Below are positions 14,086-28,425 of a stretch of 64,000 bases of DNA, piece by piece. The translations under genes were made by a program, and so were the position numbers. The DNA comes from Podarcis muralis. Lineage: Eukaryota. Within the stretch, counting starts at the first letter, position 1. The number at the start of each line of letters is the position of its first letter. A model generated the notes under the pieces. That model was not told where the DNA came from. It did no database searches and worked only from the letters and a program-made list of their open reading frames with translations. The DNA lies in contig NC_135660.1 of the NCBI RefSeq assembly GCF_964188315.1, positions 11,160,001-11,224,000 of the forward strand, in the 5' to 3' direction.

Positions 14086-14210
14086 CTGTGGCTCCAAAGG
14101 AAATCCTTTTCTTGTTCAGTTATTTCAGACAGTGGGTCTCGAGTGCAGATTGAACGCAGCTGCTCTTTGTCACAATCTCTTAATTCATTATCTCGTGCTA
14201 GTCTATTACT
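14086..14210 (-). CDS. PIK3CA: PIK3CA coding exon 9 (helical domain, E542/E545 hotspot exon)
   Basis: [41 protein letters not shown]; 125 nt; E542, E545 and Q546 wild type. Confidence 0.99.
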
Positions 14211-14488
14211 CTGTAAAACAAGAGAGCAACAGAGACTTGTTCATACTACAATTCTCTCTCTCTCTCTCTTTTTGAATACTTAAAGCATCTCACATACTTC
14301 ATCTCAGTAGCCCTAACAACCACTCTGTATTATTGAACCCTGTTCAATACTTAACCCTGTAGTCGGTGGGTTGGGGAGACAGTCGCTTGCCTAAAGCAAT
14401 CTGATAAAACTTCACGAGTGAGGTGAGAACTAGCTTGTAGTGCATGTTCTTAGCCACAATGCAACCTGGAAAGTAAAATTCTCCTTAC

Positions 14489-14623
14489 CAGTCCTGCATG
14501 ACTGTAGTTAAACCCTAGTTCTCGAGATATAGTCCAATTGGCATGGTCTTCAATTACAGACATGTCGGGAAACTTAACAGGACTGCTAAACCAATCAAAT
14601 TCCAGCTCTAAACAAGGAGTTTC
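14489..14623 (-). CDS. PIK3CA: PIK3CA coding exon 8
   Basis: [45 protein letters not shown]; 135 nt. Confidence 0.99.
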
Positions 14624-15338
14624 CTAAGAAGAAAAGAAGTTTGTCCTTGTATGATTTAAAATATTGTTTTTTAATATATATAAAAACACACTATTCCACA
14701 AGTACAAGCTATGCAAATACAAGGTATTTAAAATAATAAAACCACAGGATCAGACAAATTAGTCTTAAGTCTCAGGAGAAACACCAGCTGTCTTCAGAAG
14801 ACCAAGTTTTATTGCTGCTAGTCAAAGAATGAAAAGACCCCGACAGTAGCTTGCTGAAGTTGCATTCTTCAAAGCTGCATCCATAGTAAACTCAATTTGG
14901 ATTTTGGTAGAGACATTAGTCCCATTGTAACCTTTGTGGATGGAACAATTCAGGCTACCTAAAGTTCTGTATCACTAGACAAAATCCTCACAAATTGCAC
15001 AGCATTTTATTTTGACAACCTTGGGAACAGCACTCCAGATTGCAACTAATGGCTCAGATAACTGCATGCTCCTCTGTGAAAGCAAATTTTTCCTATATAG
15101 AAAGCTGATATATCAGATACAAGGGTTCTAGCAGGCTCCTCTCCCCAACATGCCAGTTTTCTACATGCACAGATTTATTATTTTTTGTGCACAGAAGCAT
15201 AAATTATGTGAACCCCCATCTACAGCCAGAAATACTGCAGTTTATACAGGGTTACCATTGTTACATTTTGGAAACAGTGACAATATCTTATTAAAATACA
15301 GGCTACCATTAGAATTTACTTGGACAGTCCTTGATTTA

Positions 15339-15563
<225 letters not shown>

Positions 15564-15797
15564 TCACTGTTTAGTCTCGTCTATTAGCAACACATTTCAA
15601 ACTCAGATATAGAGGAATTAAAAGGGCAGGGGCAGATTTTTTTTTAAAAAAACCCCTCAAATATACGATGACAAAGTAAATCATAACTGTTACCATTAGT
15701 TTAGAGATCAACACAGTATAAGTCAGAAGAATAATTTCAAATGAGATATTCTCCCTACTTGACAAGTATTCACTATATCCAATGACAAGACCCTTAC

Positions 15798-15903
15798 CTC
15801 CTTTGCACCTTTCCTCCCTTTAACGGAGCAGATAGAAAGGCAAAGCCGAGCCGCACGTGGAAGATCAAGAACGTGCATCTCATACTGCAGCCACTCATTC
15901 CAC
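15798..15903 (-). CDS. PIK3CA: PIK3CA coding exon 6 (C2 domain)
   Basis: [35 protein letters not shown]; 106 nt. Confidence 0.98.
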
Positions 15904-16112
15904 CTGAAAGGAAGATAAAAGGGATTTGACCCAAGATCTTAACCAAAAGTGCTATGTAAAGATGCTTTAAAAATGATATGGCAAATTAAAAAATACTAAA
16001 GCAATTCTGTGTAAACCAAGCCAAGTTTGAGTTGAATTTTCCAGTGTGGCATTCTACTTTTGTAGAACCATTGGAAGCTAATTTGATGGCTATCTACCCC
16101 AATGCCCTACTC

Positions 16113-16248
16113 CAGTGTTTCCCAACCTTGGGCCTCCAGCTGTTTTTGGACTACAACTCCCATCATCCCTAGCTAGCAAGACCAGTGGTCAGGGATGATG
16201 GGAATTGTAGTTCAAAAACAGCTGGAGGCCCAAGGTTGGGAAACACTG
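16113..16248. mobile_element. hAT-type hairpin MITE
   Basis: Long TIR CAGTGTTTCCCAACCTTGGGCCTCCAGCTGTTTTTG; perfect TSD CCCTACTC. Confidence 0.92.
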
Positions 16249-16274
16249 CCCTACTCTATGCAGGAAACTCAGAG

Positions 16275-16520
16275 TGAGAGCATCCCTGCCAGGTGGCTGT
16301 CCAGCTTTTGTTTGAAAATCTCCTGTGACAGAGAGCGCTCCATCCCTCTAGGTAACAGGTTCCATTGCTCTAACCTTCACAATGTTTTCCAAATGTTCAG
16401 TAAATATCTTGTCTCCTGTAACTTAAGGCCGTTAGATCAAGTCCTACCCTTCAAGGCAGCAGAAAACAAGTCTTTGCTTCCTTCTATGCAATAACTGTTC
16501 AGGTATTTGAAGAGTGCTGT
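16275..16520 (-). mobile_element. CR1 LINE 3' fragment
   Basis: CCAGCTTTTGTTTGAAAATCTCC...GGTTCCATTG...TTCAGGTATTTGAAGAGTGCT, reverse of a CR1 3' end. Confidence 0.65.
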
Positions 16521-16559
16521 TGAGGGTATTTAGGAAGGGTTTTTTTTTGGGGGGGGGTA

Positions 16560-16675
16560 AAGCATGAGACTCTTAATCCCAAGGTCATGGGTTTGAGCCC
16601 CGTTCTTGGCAAAAGATTCCTGCGTTGGACTACATGACACTCATGGTACCTTCCAGTTCTACAATCCTATGATTC
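16560..16675 (+). mobile_element. tRNA-derived SINE with CR1-like tail
   Basis: GAGACTCTTAATCCCAAGGTCATGGGTTTGAGCCCC head remnant; TTCCAGTTCTACAATCCTATGATT tail. Confidence 0.6.
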
Positions 16676-16833
16676 TGTATCAGATCCAAACAGAAAACTA
16701 AACTTCCAAACTCACTTTCAGATGGAGGAAAGAAAGACACAACATACACTGTAAAGCAATTATCTGAATTGTTAATAAGTTTCTACAAACTTGAACATCA
16801 GGTTTCCTTTCATTGTTTTAGTGATATTCTTTA

Positions 16834-16935
<102 letters not shown>

Positions 16936-17134
16936 TTATGAACATGACTATACTACAAGTAACCATGAAGTAGGAGTTACAAGATAAATATCAAGCAAGA
17001 GTAACTCATCTAATCCCTGTTCTAAAATAGTTGCATTGTCAGTTTATTTCCAGGCTCAATTCAAGGTGCTCACATTGGTGTTTAGGGTTTTAATCAACTT
17101 AGGCCACAAACAGCTGAAAGACCAACTTATTCCC

Positions 17135-17416
17135 TACAGACCACCTCAGGTGTTAAGATCAGCAGAGGAGCCCTCTTGGTAGTTCAACCGCTCTGTGACA
17201 GCTTCTAGGCTGTGGAATTCCCTCCCCACAGAGGCACATCTGGCTCCTTTAATATATAGTTTCCGCCATATGCTGAAGATGCACCTCTGATGCACCCTAT
17301 TCTTGTGTCAGTAATTTTAGTTGTTTTTAATACTGATGTTTAAATTGCTGTAGCCATCACTGAGACCTCAGGCTGAAGGGTGAGTAATAAACTGATGATG
17401 ATGATGACGATGGTGG

Positions 17417-17453
<37 letters not shown>
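17135..17453 (+). mobile_element. L2 LINE 3' fragment with (GAT)/(AAT)n tail
   Basis: AAGATCAGCAGAGGAGCCCTCTTGGTAGTTC...CTGTGGAATTCCCTCCCC motif; tail repeat. Confidence 0.65.
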
Positions 17454-17455
<2 letters not shown>

Positions 17456-17662
17456 CAGAATGCACCTTAGGTTTTGCCCAATATATGTAAATACTTCAAA
17501 AAGGCAAGTTATTTATTTGTTTCACACCCAGACAAAAAGTTTAAGGTTTGGTGGGCAAGAAACAGTAATGTAGAAACAAAAAAACCTAAGGATTTAAGAG
17601 TCATTCATCAGAAATATGCATGTGCTCTCAAGACATATTGAAACCAAGTTGTTGTTTTTTAC

Positions 17663-17908
17663 CTTGTCAATATCTCGAATATTTACATTTACATAGGTAG
17701 CGCAGAGAATCTTTATTCTGAGATTACTGTTAATAGCCCAGAGGGATTTGGCTGAAGCTTCTCCATTCATGTATGGTGTAGCTGTAGAAATACGCCTAGA
17801 ATAAGATGGCATTGTAAAGGTATCCAATGGCAGCTGGGTGTAAAGACTTTCCTTAGCCATCAGCATCAAATTGGGCATTCGACCAAGCATGATACAACTC
17901 CGGATGTA
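17663..17908 (-). CDS. PIK3CA: PIK3CA coding exon 4
   Basis: [23 protein letters not shown]...[10 protein letters not shown]; 246 nt. Confidence 0.99.
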
Positions 17909-18744
17909 CTGAAATAGGCAGAGAAAACACAATTATTGCACTGGATGCTGCTCTTTGCAGCATCATTGCTTAATTGCAAAGATTACAATGCCGGCATTGT
18001 GAATGGTTTGCAACTCAAGGCGAAGCAGGAACCACAGTATAAGCGGTTTAATGAAGCTAGCGTGCAATATTTGTAGGGCTGGCAGGTCATTCTAAGTAGC
18101 AGATAATCACAAAGCATGCCAAACAAGGGACAAACTTGTCTTTTTATACTGGCACTTGGAGAAAAAGAAATATCCACATATAGACTGTTGCCTCACTAAC
18201 GGCACATTCCTTGTATTTTCTATCAGAAAAAAAGAGAATAATAAAAAAGGGAAGGCTGAGGAAAGAGAACTTACAATTTTTGGTAATGCAGGTTTTTTGT
18301 TATTTCTGAATTATGGTTTTATTTAGTAGTGTAAATGTATTCATCCATAATGAACTTATTTTAGAAAGCACTAAGGGTGACACCCACTGTTATATAAGCA
18401 AACATCCTCTTGTAAAAAAGGACCTTACTTTCCTCTCCTCCGGCAGCAATTTATGCCCCTCCCCACTGCCTTCCCCCCAAAAAAACACCTCCTGCAGCAA
18501 GTTTTTGGGGGGTGCAAGGGGTGGGGCACAGAAAATCCACTCTGCCAACAGTGTTTGTTCCAATAGCAAACAGGCACTACTGGATTTCACTTCATGAGAA
18601 TATACATATGTGCAATTCTATATCACGTGATTTGCACCACCTCATTAAGTAAGATGTACCCATAAAAACCTCTTCATGACTCTCTGTCTCTACAAGTTTA
18701 AATATCCTTCTCCTTGAATTGAATACCCATTAGTCCTCCCCTCG

Positions 18745-18875
18745 TTTGGTGCGGCTTCTGATTGGCTGCAGGACGCTCCTGCAGCCAATCGGAAGCCGCG
18801 CCTTGGTTTTTGAACGGTTTCGGGAGTCAAACGGACTCCCGGAACGCATTCTGTTTGAGAACCAAGGTACGACTG
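18745..18875. mobile_element. Tigger-like MITE fragment (one end) with internal 23-bp-arm palindrome
   Basis: Ends ...GAACCAAGGTACGACTG|TA; palindrome 18751-18799. Confidence 0.7.
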
Positions 18876-19570
18876 TATACTAAAATGTTTAAATGTTTCT
18901 TTAATTGCCCTTGAATCTTATCACCACACTTGTCACCCTCTCCTGCCACATCAGTGTGGTGTGCCACACCCTTTGAGAATCACTGAATTATGTGCTTTTG
19001 ACCGCAGACTTTAGTTCTCAACATTCTAACAAACCATGTGTAAGTTCTGTCCACATCCATGAAAAAGACACTAAGATCCTGGGCTTGTGCATCAGAGCAC
19101 AGGGATCTTGTGCAGGTGCATCAGAGCACAGGGATGCTGCCCGACAGTCTCAGCACTGGCAAAAGTGGTTCTCACACCCACACCCACTCCATAAAAACCT
19201 CTGGTCTAGCCCTGGAATATAGGCCTAATTCATGCTCTTCCCTGCACATTTCAAGACACCACAAAAGCTGTTGTTTGCGAGCATCTGATTGTACCTCCCA
19301 AGCTACAGGAAGGGATTGATTGGTCTAAAAATGGAAAGCAATCTATTTCAATGTACACCTTGCCAAGTAACAGTAGGTGAACCACACTGAAAGGAAAATA
19401 TCATAAACTTTTAACATCCCCAGTGAATCCGCCAAATCACACCCAATAAAAGCACATAAAAAAATGGAAACCTGGCTTCAGTACTTCATCTTTTGCACAT
19501 TTTCACATGCAAATCCCTCTCTTCCGACCCCTGAAATGCACACAAGATCTAACTCTGACAACAAGCATTA

Positions 19571-19867
<297 letters not shown>

Positions 19868-20377
19868 CTATGTCAGGTTACATCAGGGATCATGCCCACA
19901 TAACTATTTACAGAAAAATGAAAATACAGGAGCAAAAAAGACCTAAAACACAATTCAGTACTCTCTATCCAGAATATGCAATCTTTGGGGCTGCAGCAAC
20001 AAGCTATAGGTTCCTCTTAGCTCTCCACTAAAGCAACTTTTAAAATAGAAAGGAGAAAGGCTGGGAGGGGACAGAACAATGGTGTGACCCTTCAGGTTTT
20101 TTGAATAAGACTGTTTCGTTGGAACTTTATTAAGCAATCCCTAACAATAACAGGGGGGGGGGGAATCTGAATAATGCTGCTAAAGTAGAAGAAAACGAGT
20201 GCACTGAGCGAGCTACGACATGTCTGAAAATGTAACTATTTTCACTGAGCTGATTACTCACACTGAAGTGAAATGGGCATATGGGGGAAATGGATTGAAT
20301 TTCACTGTTCAAGCAGCTTCACATTAATCTGGTACCAATCTGGCAAATGCACTGAATTGTGTTTTCTTTTCTTTTAC

Positions 20378-20587
20378 CTTTATCAAGTTTATTGTATATA
20401 TGCTTGGGCAGCTCGGGCGAAGATTCTATGTTTGGGGGACAGACATACAATGCTCTGCTATGGGGTGCGTTAACATCTCGCAGATCTACTGCTTCTTTAC
20501 AAACATTAAGAATGTTTCTTCTGAAGTCCTGAACTTCTGGATCCTTAACCAAGTCAAATTCACAGATAGGCATGCCAATAGCAAAAC
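20378..20587 (-). CDS. PIK3CA: PIK3CA coding exon 2
   Basis: [23 protein letters not shown]...IYNKLDK; 210 nt; AG/GT boundaries. Confidence 0.99.
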
Positions 20588-22229
20588 CTAAAAAAGAAAA
20601 AGGAGAGAGCAATTCTCTTTGATACATTTTCAGAAACAGTGAGTCCTCAGAGTATAGTTTCCTGTCACTCTGTCCTCTACCCCTTCCCACAAGAGCTCAG
20701 CTCTGTCTTGCTTGAACGGCTGGGCTGCTACAGAAATTGTCTCCATAGCTCAAGGGGCTGCAGCAGTGAAGCATATTCTGTACCCACTGCAACTATTCTG
20801 CTTAAGTAAGATTAGATATGTTCTGGAACTTTTTCTCAGGTCAAGCAAAAGTGTTCCAAAGGCTGTCACCAAAGTTTACTTCTACCCCATCTTCATATAA
20901 AGAAATGCCCATGATTGCGAACAATTATTAAATTTATAATAAAAAAAAGTTGACCCACTATCAAGTATGCACCATCACAATGAAAGCAAGTACAAGTCAA
21001 CAAAGAGTGGCACTCAGGTAAAACGTAATTAACTGAGAAAACAGCTTAAAAGACAACTCAGCATAGCACAGTTAGTGCAGATGTGAAGTGTTGAAGGGAG
21101 GGGAAATCTCCTCTTTGCCCTTCAACACTGTGATTCCACCCTCACCTGACAGCATCCAGTTGTTTGGTTACTGTAGCAGCACCCCAGACTCTGCAAAACC
21201 AGCAAATGTGACAAGATTTTCTTATTCTAGTGAAAAGGATATTGCTGACTCAACTGCTTTTAATAAACTAATGTTCATTTCCACATCAGATATGTGCATG
21301 AATAGCTTGAATACTCAATACATACTGTGCGTATTTGCATTTCATATACCACTGTTAGCTCACGATTATAAATGCAGAGGTCCCTCAACCGTTTTATCGC
21401 TGGAGTACTGCACTCTAAAAATATGTGCAAAGTCTGTGTGCCTCATACAGACTGCCAACAATGACAATATCCTATATTATATGTGTGCTTTAATGGACTG
21501 AGGAACCTTTGGCCTTCAGTCCAAACTTGGTCCGCATAGGGTCTAATTGGCCCACAAGGTCATTTCCCCAAACCCACTAAATTATCAGCTGCTATCACTG
21601 AGTGATGTCAGCTGATGGCGGGACAGGGTTCAATTCTGCTTTGGTTGTTGTCACTAGTCCCCCCGCCCCACCTCCCTGGCCCATGGGAAACTGGCTTGTC
21701 AGATGATAAGCAGGGGGTTAAATCCTGCACGGTGTTGCTTTGGCAGTTTGATTCTTGCAAGGAACATACTGGTAAAGCAGACACTGGCAAACAGCAGATA
21801 GAAGTTTCTGCTCATTAGCTGATGAAGAGTTCAATCCTTCCAGGTGCTGCTTTGCCAGCACATTTCCAGCAGGCTCTGTCCCCCACCAGTAAACTGACAG
21901 TTTGGCAGGTTCACACATCTATCAGTCACCTATTATCAGATGATTGACAGGTGGGTGGTCTCACCTATCAGAGTTGACCCACAGGGTGCGAGGAAATAAA
22001 TATCTGGCCAAACAGCGCACAGAAGGTTCCCCATTCCTGCTTTAATTAATAGCAAGGTCTCCAATAATCACGTTAAGAGCTTAGCGGACTTTGCAATCAT
22101 GTTTTAATAAACAATTTGCAGTTTCTGACATGATGTACTCAATTTGTTACACAACCAAAAAGACCATTTACTCATAATTCCATCGCATAGTGGCTTTATC
22201 ACATGACAGTTAACTATATTTGACAGTGG

Positions 22230-22385
22230 AACTAAGAAGGTTGTGGACTCTCTTTCCTTAGAGGTTTTTAAGCAGAGGTTGGATGGCCACCTGTTATGGA
22301 TGCTTTAGCCGAGATTCCTGCATTGCAGGAGGTTGGACTAGATAATAGGGCCCCTTCCAACTCTACAATTCCATGGTTCCATACT
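22230..22385 (+). mobile_element. CR1 LINE 3' end
   Basis: GTGGACTCTCTTTCCTTAGAGGTTTTTAAGCAGAGGTTGGATGGCCACCTG...CCCTTCCAACTCTACAATTCCATG. Confidence 0.85.
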
Positions 22386-22448
22386 CTCATGAAAGGCCCA
22401 TAGGCTTTAGGGGAATCAAATTGTGGCCACTTTCCTTTACATATTTTA

Positions 22449-22926
<478 letters not shown>

Positions 22927-25900
22927 CTAAACAAAAACAATGTAGTATTTAAGTAGCATGCACATGTCTTTCACAATCACTTTAAATTTCCATGTGATAT
23001 TACATTTCCAGTACTTTACAGAAAATAAAAATACATGGGAAACAATCATTAACAATTTGCTCTTCCATCATCTGCCATAATCAAGTTATCGTGCCAACTA
23101 TTGCTCAGCAGAAAGTGAGCAGCCATTCTTGCTTTGGGTGGAAGCACATGTATAGTGATCAACTCTTTACGTTTACCCAATAAAGGCCTAAAAAATAATA
23201 ATGAACATGTCCTATATCCACCAAGCGTTGGAAGTCAGGTAAGAGGAAGAAAAGAAAATGGAAACAGAAGCCATCAAACTTGGCGGCAAGTCACAGGCAG
23301 GGCTTACCAGAGCAAACAGGTATGGCTGCCAGGGACACAGGCTTATTGTGAGAGGCAAGAACTAACACTGCTCTGGCTTGCTACAAACATCCTGGTACAA
23401 AAGCTGGGCTACAGAAATATTGCCATGACACATTCGTGGCTGTAGCTGTCATCTCCCCTCCCCAAACAATCTCTCTTGCAAAATACAAAAAGCCACCTGG
23501 TTGAGCAAAAAGGAGAAAGATGTTGTTTCCAACTGCTCTCTAGCCTCCTTTGTGAAGGTTTTATTAAAAACTCAAGAGACTTCACATCAGAATGAAGCAA
23601 ATTTCCCACAAAACTACCCAGAGTTTTAACAGTACATGCCTTTCTTAAAAGCCGTCTCACCAATTCGCTTCTAGAAAATAAAACACTTTGGCTCCTGGAC
23701 ACTTGTATTTTCTGTCATTTCAGGAGATCTCTAGCTGTGGCATAGAGATAGCCTGCACAGAGAAATCTTTCGAGCCCACTCTGAACTTTGCTCACAGGAT
23801 TTTACTTTAATCCTCTTGTTCCTTAAGTCAGTCAACATAAAAACCTTACTCAGTGCAAAGGATTTTTGGTAACAAATCTTAAGGCGCCACTTTCGTCTGA
23901 CACACAGTTTTCCCGCTACTGAAGTTTAGAGTAGCAGGAAAGCTATGGTATTTTGCTGTGCTGTTGCATGTCCAGAACCCTAGAGCTGTCAGCTAGCCAC
24001 ACTTCATATGCAAGCTTTGAAAAGTGACACCTGTCTTATGCAACAAGCAGCCCCCAAGGCACTTCCTGTACAACTCTTTATCTTCCCGAATATGCTATCT
24101 TGCTTTAAAATACCTAGCAGGCACAGATGCAGAGACGTCTCAGACTGTCAGGGAAAAAACACTAATGGATCAAAATCAAGGTCAGGTCTATGATGTTTTT
24201 CAGTTCCCATTATTCTGAAGTATGTGAAATTGTGTACACCGCTTTTTTTTTTTTTTAAGGCATATCAGCCTGGGGGACAAACTGTGTACAATGTGAGAGG
24301 TCTATAAACCCCTTTCCAACTAAATGAAAATGTAAGTGGGAGCTGTGAAATGCATTTGCAGTAGTAATGTTTCCCTCGTTTTTTTCAATTTGCAATAAAG
24401 ATCAACTTCTCTTCATAGCCTTCCCATCTGCAAGGAGTGGGAGAAGGTGATGTGTGGCATGGTACCCAGTATTTTTTCCTCCAAGGATGGCAAAGCAGCC
24501 AGAGGAGTGAGATTTTTAAAAGAGATGTTACTTAACTGTAGAGTATGAAACCAAGGATCATAACATACAAATCCTCTTGGGTGATACTTTGTAAAATGAA
24601 TATTGCATAAGGAGTCTAGCATAAAAGTCCAAATTTCATGCATTGGAAAAGTCAATCAATTATAGAGATCATTTGTAGTGGTCTAACTAATGACATCCCA
24701 CTATATGGAATAAAAAAATATTCTTGGTTTTCTGACCCATCAGAGACTTTCAAATTATGCATTCCCCCTCCCGAGATTCCCAAATTCCAAACATTTTTAT
24801 ACCACAACAGTAGTTGCAAACCTTGCAGTGCATTCTATTTTTTGTGTTAGAAATTATAACAGTTACCAACAGACATGTTACAAATTCTTTTGAGCGTAAG
24901 TTTTGCTTTTGATTGTCCCATTGATTTAAAAGTGAGAGCTGTAGATACATCTGCATGGGAATCTTCAGAATGTTAGAAATATATTGTTATACTGCAGACC
25001 AAGAAATGCGTATAATTAGGGACTCCCACCACAAATAGAAGCATGCTTCCCTAGCCCCACAACCATGCCAACTGTCAAACACCACCTGTGAGGTCATATG
25101 GGACACCTGTAGAGGGTTGAGATTTTGACCTCAGCAGTGATGCTCAGGTAAGAAGGTGCTTAACCCCTTCCTCCTGGGCCACTTTTTGCAATCAGATTTA
25201 CAGGTTTCTAAGTCTGCATTGTTCTTTTGAAAGGGAAAGTGGTGGTGTGGTGTAGTGGTTAGTATCAGTCTGTGAATGTAGAATCCCAGGTTGAAATCCC
25301 CCCTCAGCTATGAAGCTTTCTGTGCAACCTTGGGCCAGTTATGCTTTATGGAATTGTTGTGAGGATAAAATCTATGTGCATGATGGAAGAAGCTTGTACG
25401 CTACTGTAAGCAACTTGGAGGAAAGACAAGGAAATGATCCTCAAACAGGTACAAGAAAAAATGCTTATTAAATTGTTCAACATAACAAACTAACAACCAT
25501 CTCCTGAAATAACATACAGTTTGGCCCAGAGAAAGAATAGTAGAGATGCCTTTTTAAAACTCAGCTGTAAAGGAAGAAATTTTGTCTGGCAGTTTAAAGT
25601 AAAGTTCCATAGTTAAAACTGGAAAGCACACTAATTTTCTTTTTATTTGAGGAAGCAGGCAATTGAAGTTTCCCATTATAGAGCGGTTGAATCAAAATAG
25701 CAGTTGGCATTTGTGTTTCTTCTTTTTCAGGAAATGGCAAGAGATTGTCTGTACTTAGAATGTGTATACATTTATTTTGCTGACACATGGAATTACGCCT
25801 CCAGAATGTAGATTTTTGGAAAGAAGGAATATCAAAGACACAGCTCTTTTAAAATACAACTTGCAGCTATAAGTATTAAACAGAAGGGATTATAGATTTG

Positions 25901-27686
25901 GTAAAGCTTAAAGTCTATAAAGACAATCCTCTTTAGTGAGCAGTGGAGAAAAAGAAAATGAGTTAGATCCAAAAAAGCTAGTTAAACTTAGGTCCCACTT
26001 AAGTCAACTGGACAAGTTAGTCATGACTAAATGAAACCCTTTTGAATTCAATAGAACATGCTACTTTAGTTTGGCTCCAATCCTTCTACCAATCCTTTCG
26101 TTACCAAAAGGTTAGATACCCTTTAACGCTATTCTAGCTTTATGTCTCTATAATCCCAATATCTCTCATAGTTCCTCAGCTTATATTTATTACTTCTGCA
26201 ATTACAGATATAAAATTTGTGAACAAAATAGTTATACATTTTAATCGAAAAGGAAAGCAGATCTGAAATGTATTTTGGATGCTGCCCAAAGTACTATATT
26301 CAAACTAAGACTTTGCTCTCATTGAGCCACATACGAGCTCTAATTTTACTCTTGTTGACACTCTTTGTTAATGGCTAATGTAAGCAAGTTGTCATGGCAT
26401 CAAGATTTGAAAGGATTCCCTGGAAACAGCTCTCAAAACCTTGAAGCCTATTTCCAGTGCTTAAAGTTAGGACAAAGCATCTTTTCGAATCTTTAGAAAT
26501 ATTTCCTACTCAGTATATTGTATTTACATGTTTATGAAATGTTTTCCACTTTGCACCTAGCAGAAACACAATTGAAATATTTTGATTTAACCTTTCATCT
26601 CCAAGGTAAATAATCTTCTGCAGGGTATTTTGCCAATCTATGGATCAGAATGAGAAAAACTGAGGAAAAAACAACTTCTACATACCTGCAACCTCTTATT
26701 CTCTTGGATCAGCAGATCCTACACAGGCCTCTGTTTCACATGATGATCACATTATTGGATGTTCTGTTATCTGTATGTTGTAAAGTACCAAGATGTGGAT
26801 CTTTGATATAATCTAGAAACATTGCTACGGTCTTCTTTACACGAACTGTTTTTCAACTCTGGGAATTCATTCTGTATGAATCTTCACTGCAACGATCTAA
26901 ACTTATTATCATTTTGAACATATTTATTTCCAAGATCAGCAGAGCTGACTGAAGGTCAAGTGTCTAATCAAGGTACCAACCTGGAAAATAAAGGGAAAAA
27001 AGGAAATTCTCTCAACAGGCGTATTCCAGGAAAAGAATTACTTTTGAGAGGAAGATCTGTATATTACAGGGACATTCTTGTAGTGGGGAGCAGGGAGTGC
27101 AGTGATTTACATTTCCTCACAAGGGGTCATTACAGCTGTTTACCTTGTCGCACAGGGGTCCACCTGGAGGAAGTGAACTTTTGGAAGCAACACAAACCAA
27201 GAGAATAACCAAGAACTAAGCACCCCCAACTTCCCAACTCTCCCTACAGCACTACTGCTATTTCCAACCCCCCTTGCTTGTGATAGAGTGGGACACTAGA
27301 ATGTGATAAAATAATAGAAATAGGTATATGTATTAATGGCATGTATCAAGGTTGTTTCTGTTCATAAAGAAGTCTTGATCATTGCTACAGTAAGAAAGGG
27401 TTGCCATCTTCTAAGGCCTCTTTTAAGTTTGGCAGTGGCAAGGGACATGTTGCCAGGCCAAAGCAAGAAGTCCTGGGTCATGTGGGGAGCATCCCACATT
27501 GCACTACTTCACTACTCAAGCATCCTACCTCATGGAAACTGGGGCAATGATAGTACTGGAGGCTTCTTTCTCAAAATTCAATAGTAAGGGAAGTAGTCAG
27601 TTCTTTCTATGACACTAATGTAACCTGAGATGATCCAGCATAGGGAGATGTGTAACAAATGTCAATGCAGTGACAATGCCGTAGTA

Positions 27687-27927
27687 CAGTCAAACCTCTT
27701 GTTATGTCCGCCTCCACTTGCGTCCATTTAGTCCAACATCCGCGGCAAACCCGGAAGTAACCCGCAAACTTCGCACCTGTGCAGGAATGGCAATCGCCAT
27801 TCGCGCATTCGCAGAAGCGGGCAATCACCGCCCGCACCTGTGCATAATAGCGCCTCTCCCAGTGACCCATTTCGATCTCCAGACGGGCCTCTGGAACGGA
27901 TTATGGTCGCAGGTAGAGGTTCCACTG
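27687..27927. mobile_element. Tigger-like MITE
   Basis: TIRs CAGTCAAACCTCT / AGAGGTTCCACTG; TA duplication. Confidence 0.8.
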
Positions 27928-27929
27928 TA

Positions 27930-28425
27930 CAGTGGTTTTCATCCAGTGTGCCGTGGCACCCTGGGGTGTCTTGGATGGTCAGCGGTGGCACAGGCAACAC
28001 TGGCCTCTGTCCCTCTTTCCTTCCCTCCCTCCTTCCTTCCTCTGATGCCTTCTTGGGCCTCTGCTTCCCAAAGGCTTGCACAGTTGTTTCTTGCTGCAGG
28101 CTGGCTACAAGCTCCCTATGTGAATGGTGCTGCTGGGGCTGGCCAGGGGGTGCTTCCCAGGCCCCTGTGGGGCACTGTGAGGAGGCACCTCTCTTTGGGG
28201 TGGGGGTGGGGCAGCTGTGGCTGCCCAGTGGACACCCACAGAGAGGGGAGCAGAGAGGAGGCTGAGCGAACACTCCACAAGGGAGGGTGTTCGAAAAAGG
28301 GTGAGAGGCTGCCAGCTCTGCAGACAAGGGGTGACATAAATGGGCTCCTGAGACCCACAAGGGTGCCACAGAAAGAATGTAGTTGATCAAGGAAGTTGTG
28401 GACTCAGAAAGATTGAAAACATCTG
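27930..28425. mobile_element. hAT non-autonomous element
   Basis: TIRs CAGTGGTTTTCATCC / GATTGAAAACATCTG; TSD CCGTAGTA (27679-27686) vs CTGTAGTA (28426-28433). Confidence 0.7.

Noticed and set aside
19087-19135. Tandem duplication GTGCATCAGAGCACAGGGAT x2 (similar small duplication at 29223-29278)
   Set aside because: Ordinary two-copy slippage duplications with no spacer array; not CRISPR-like and no evident function.
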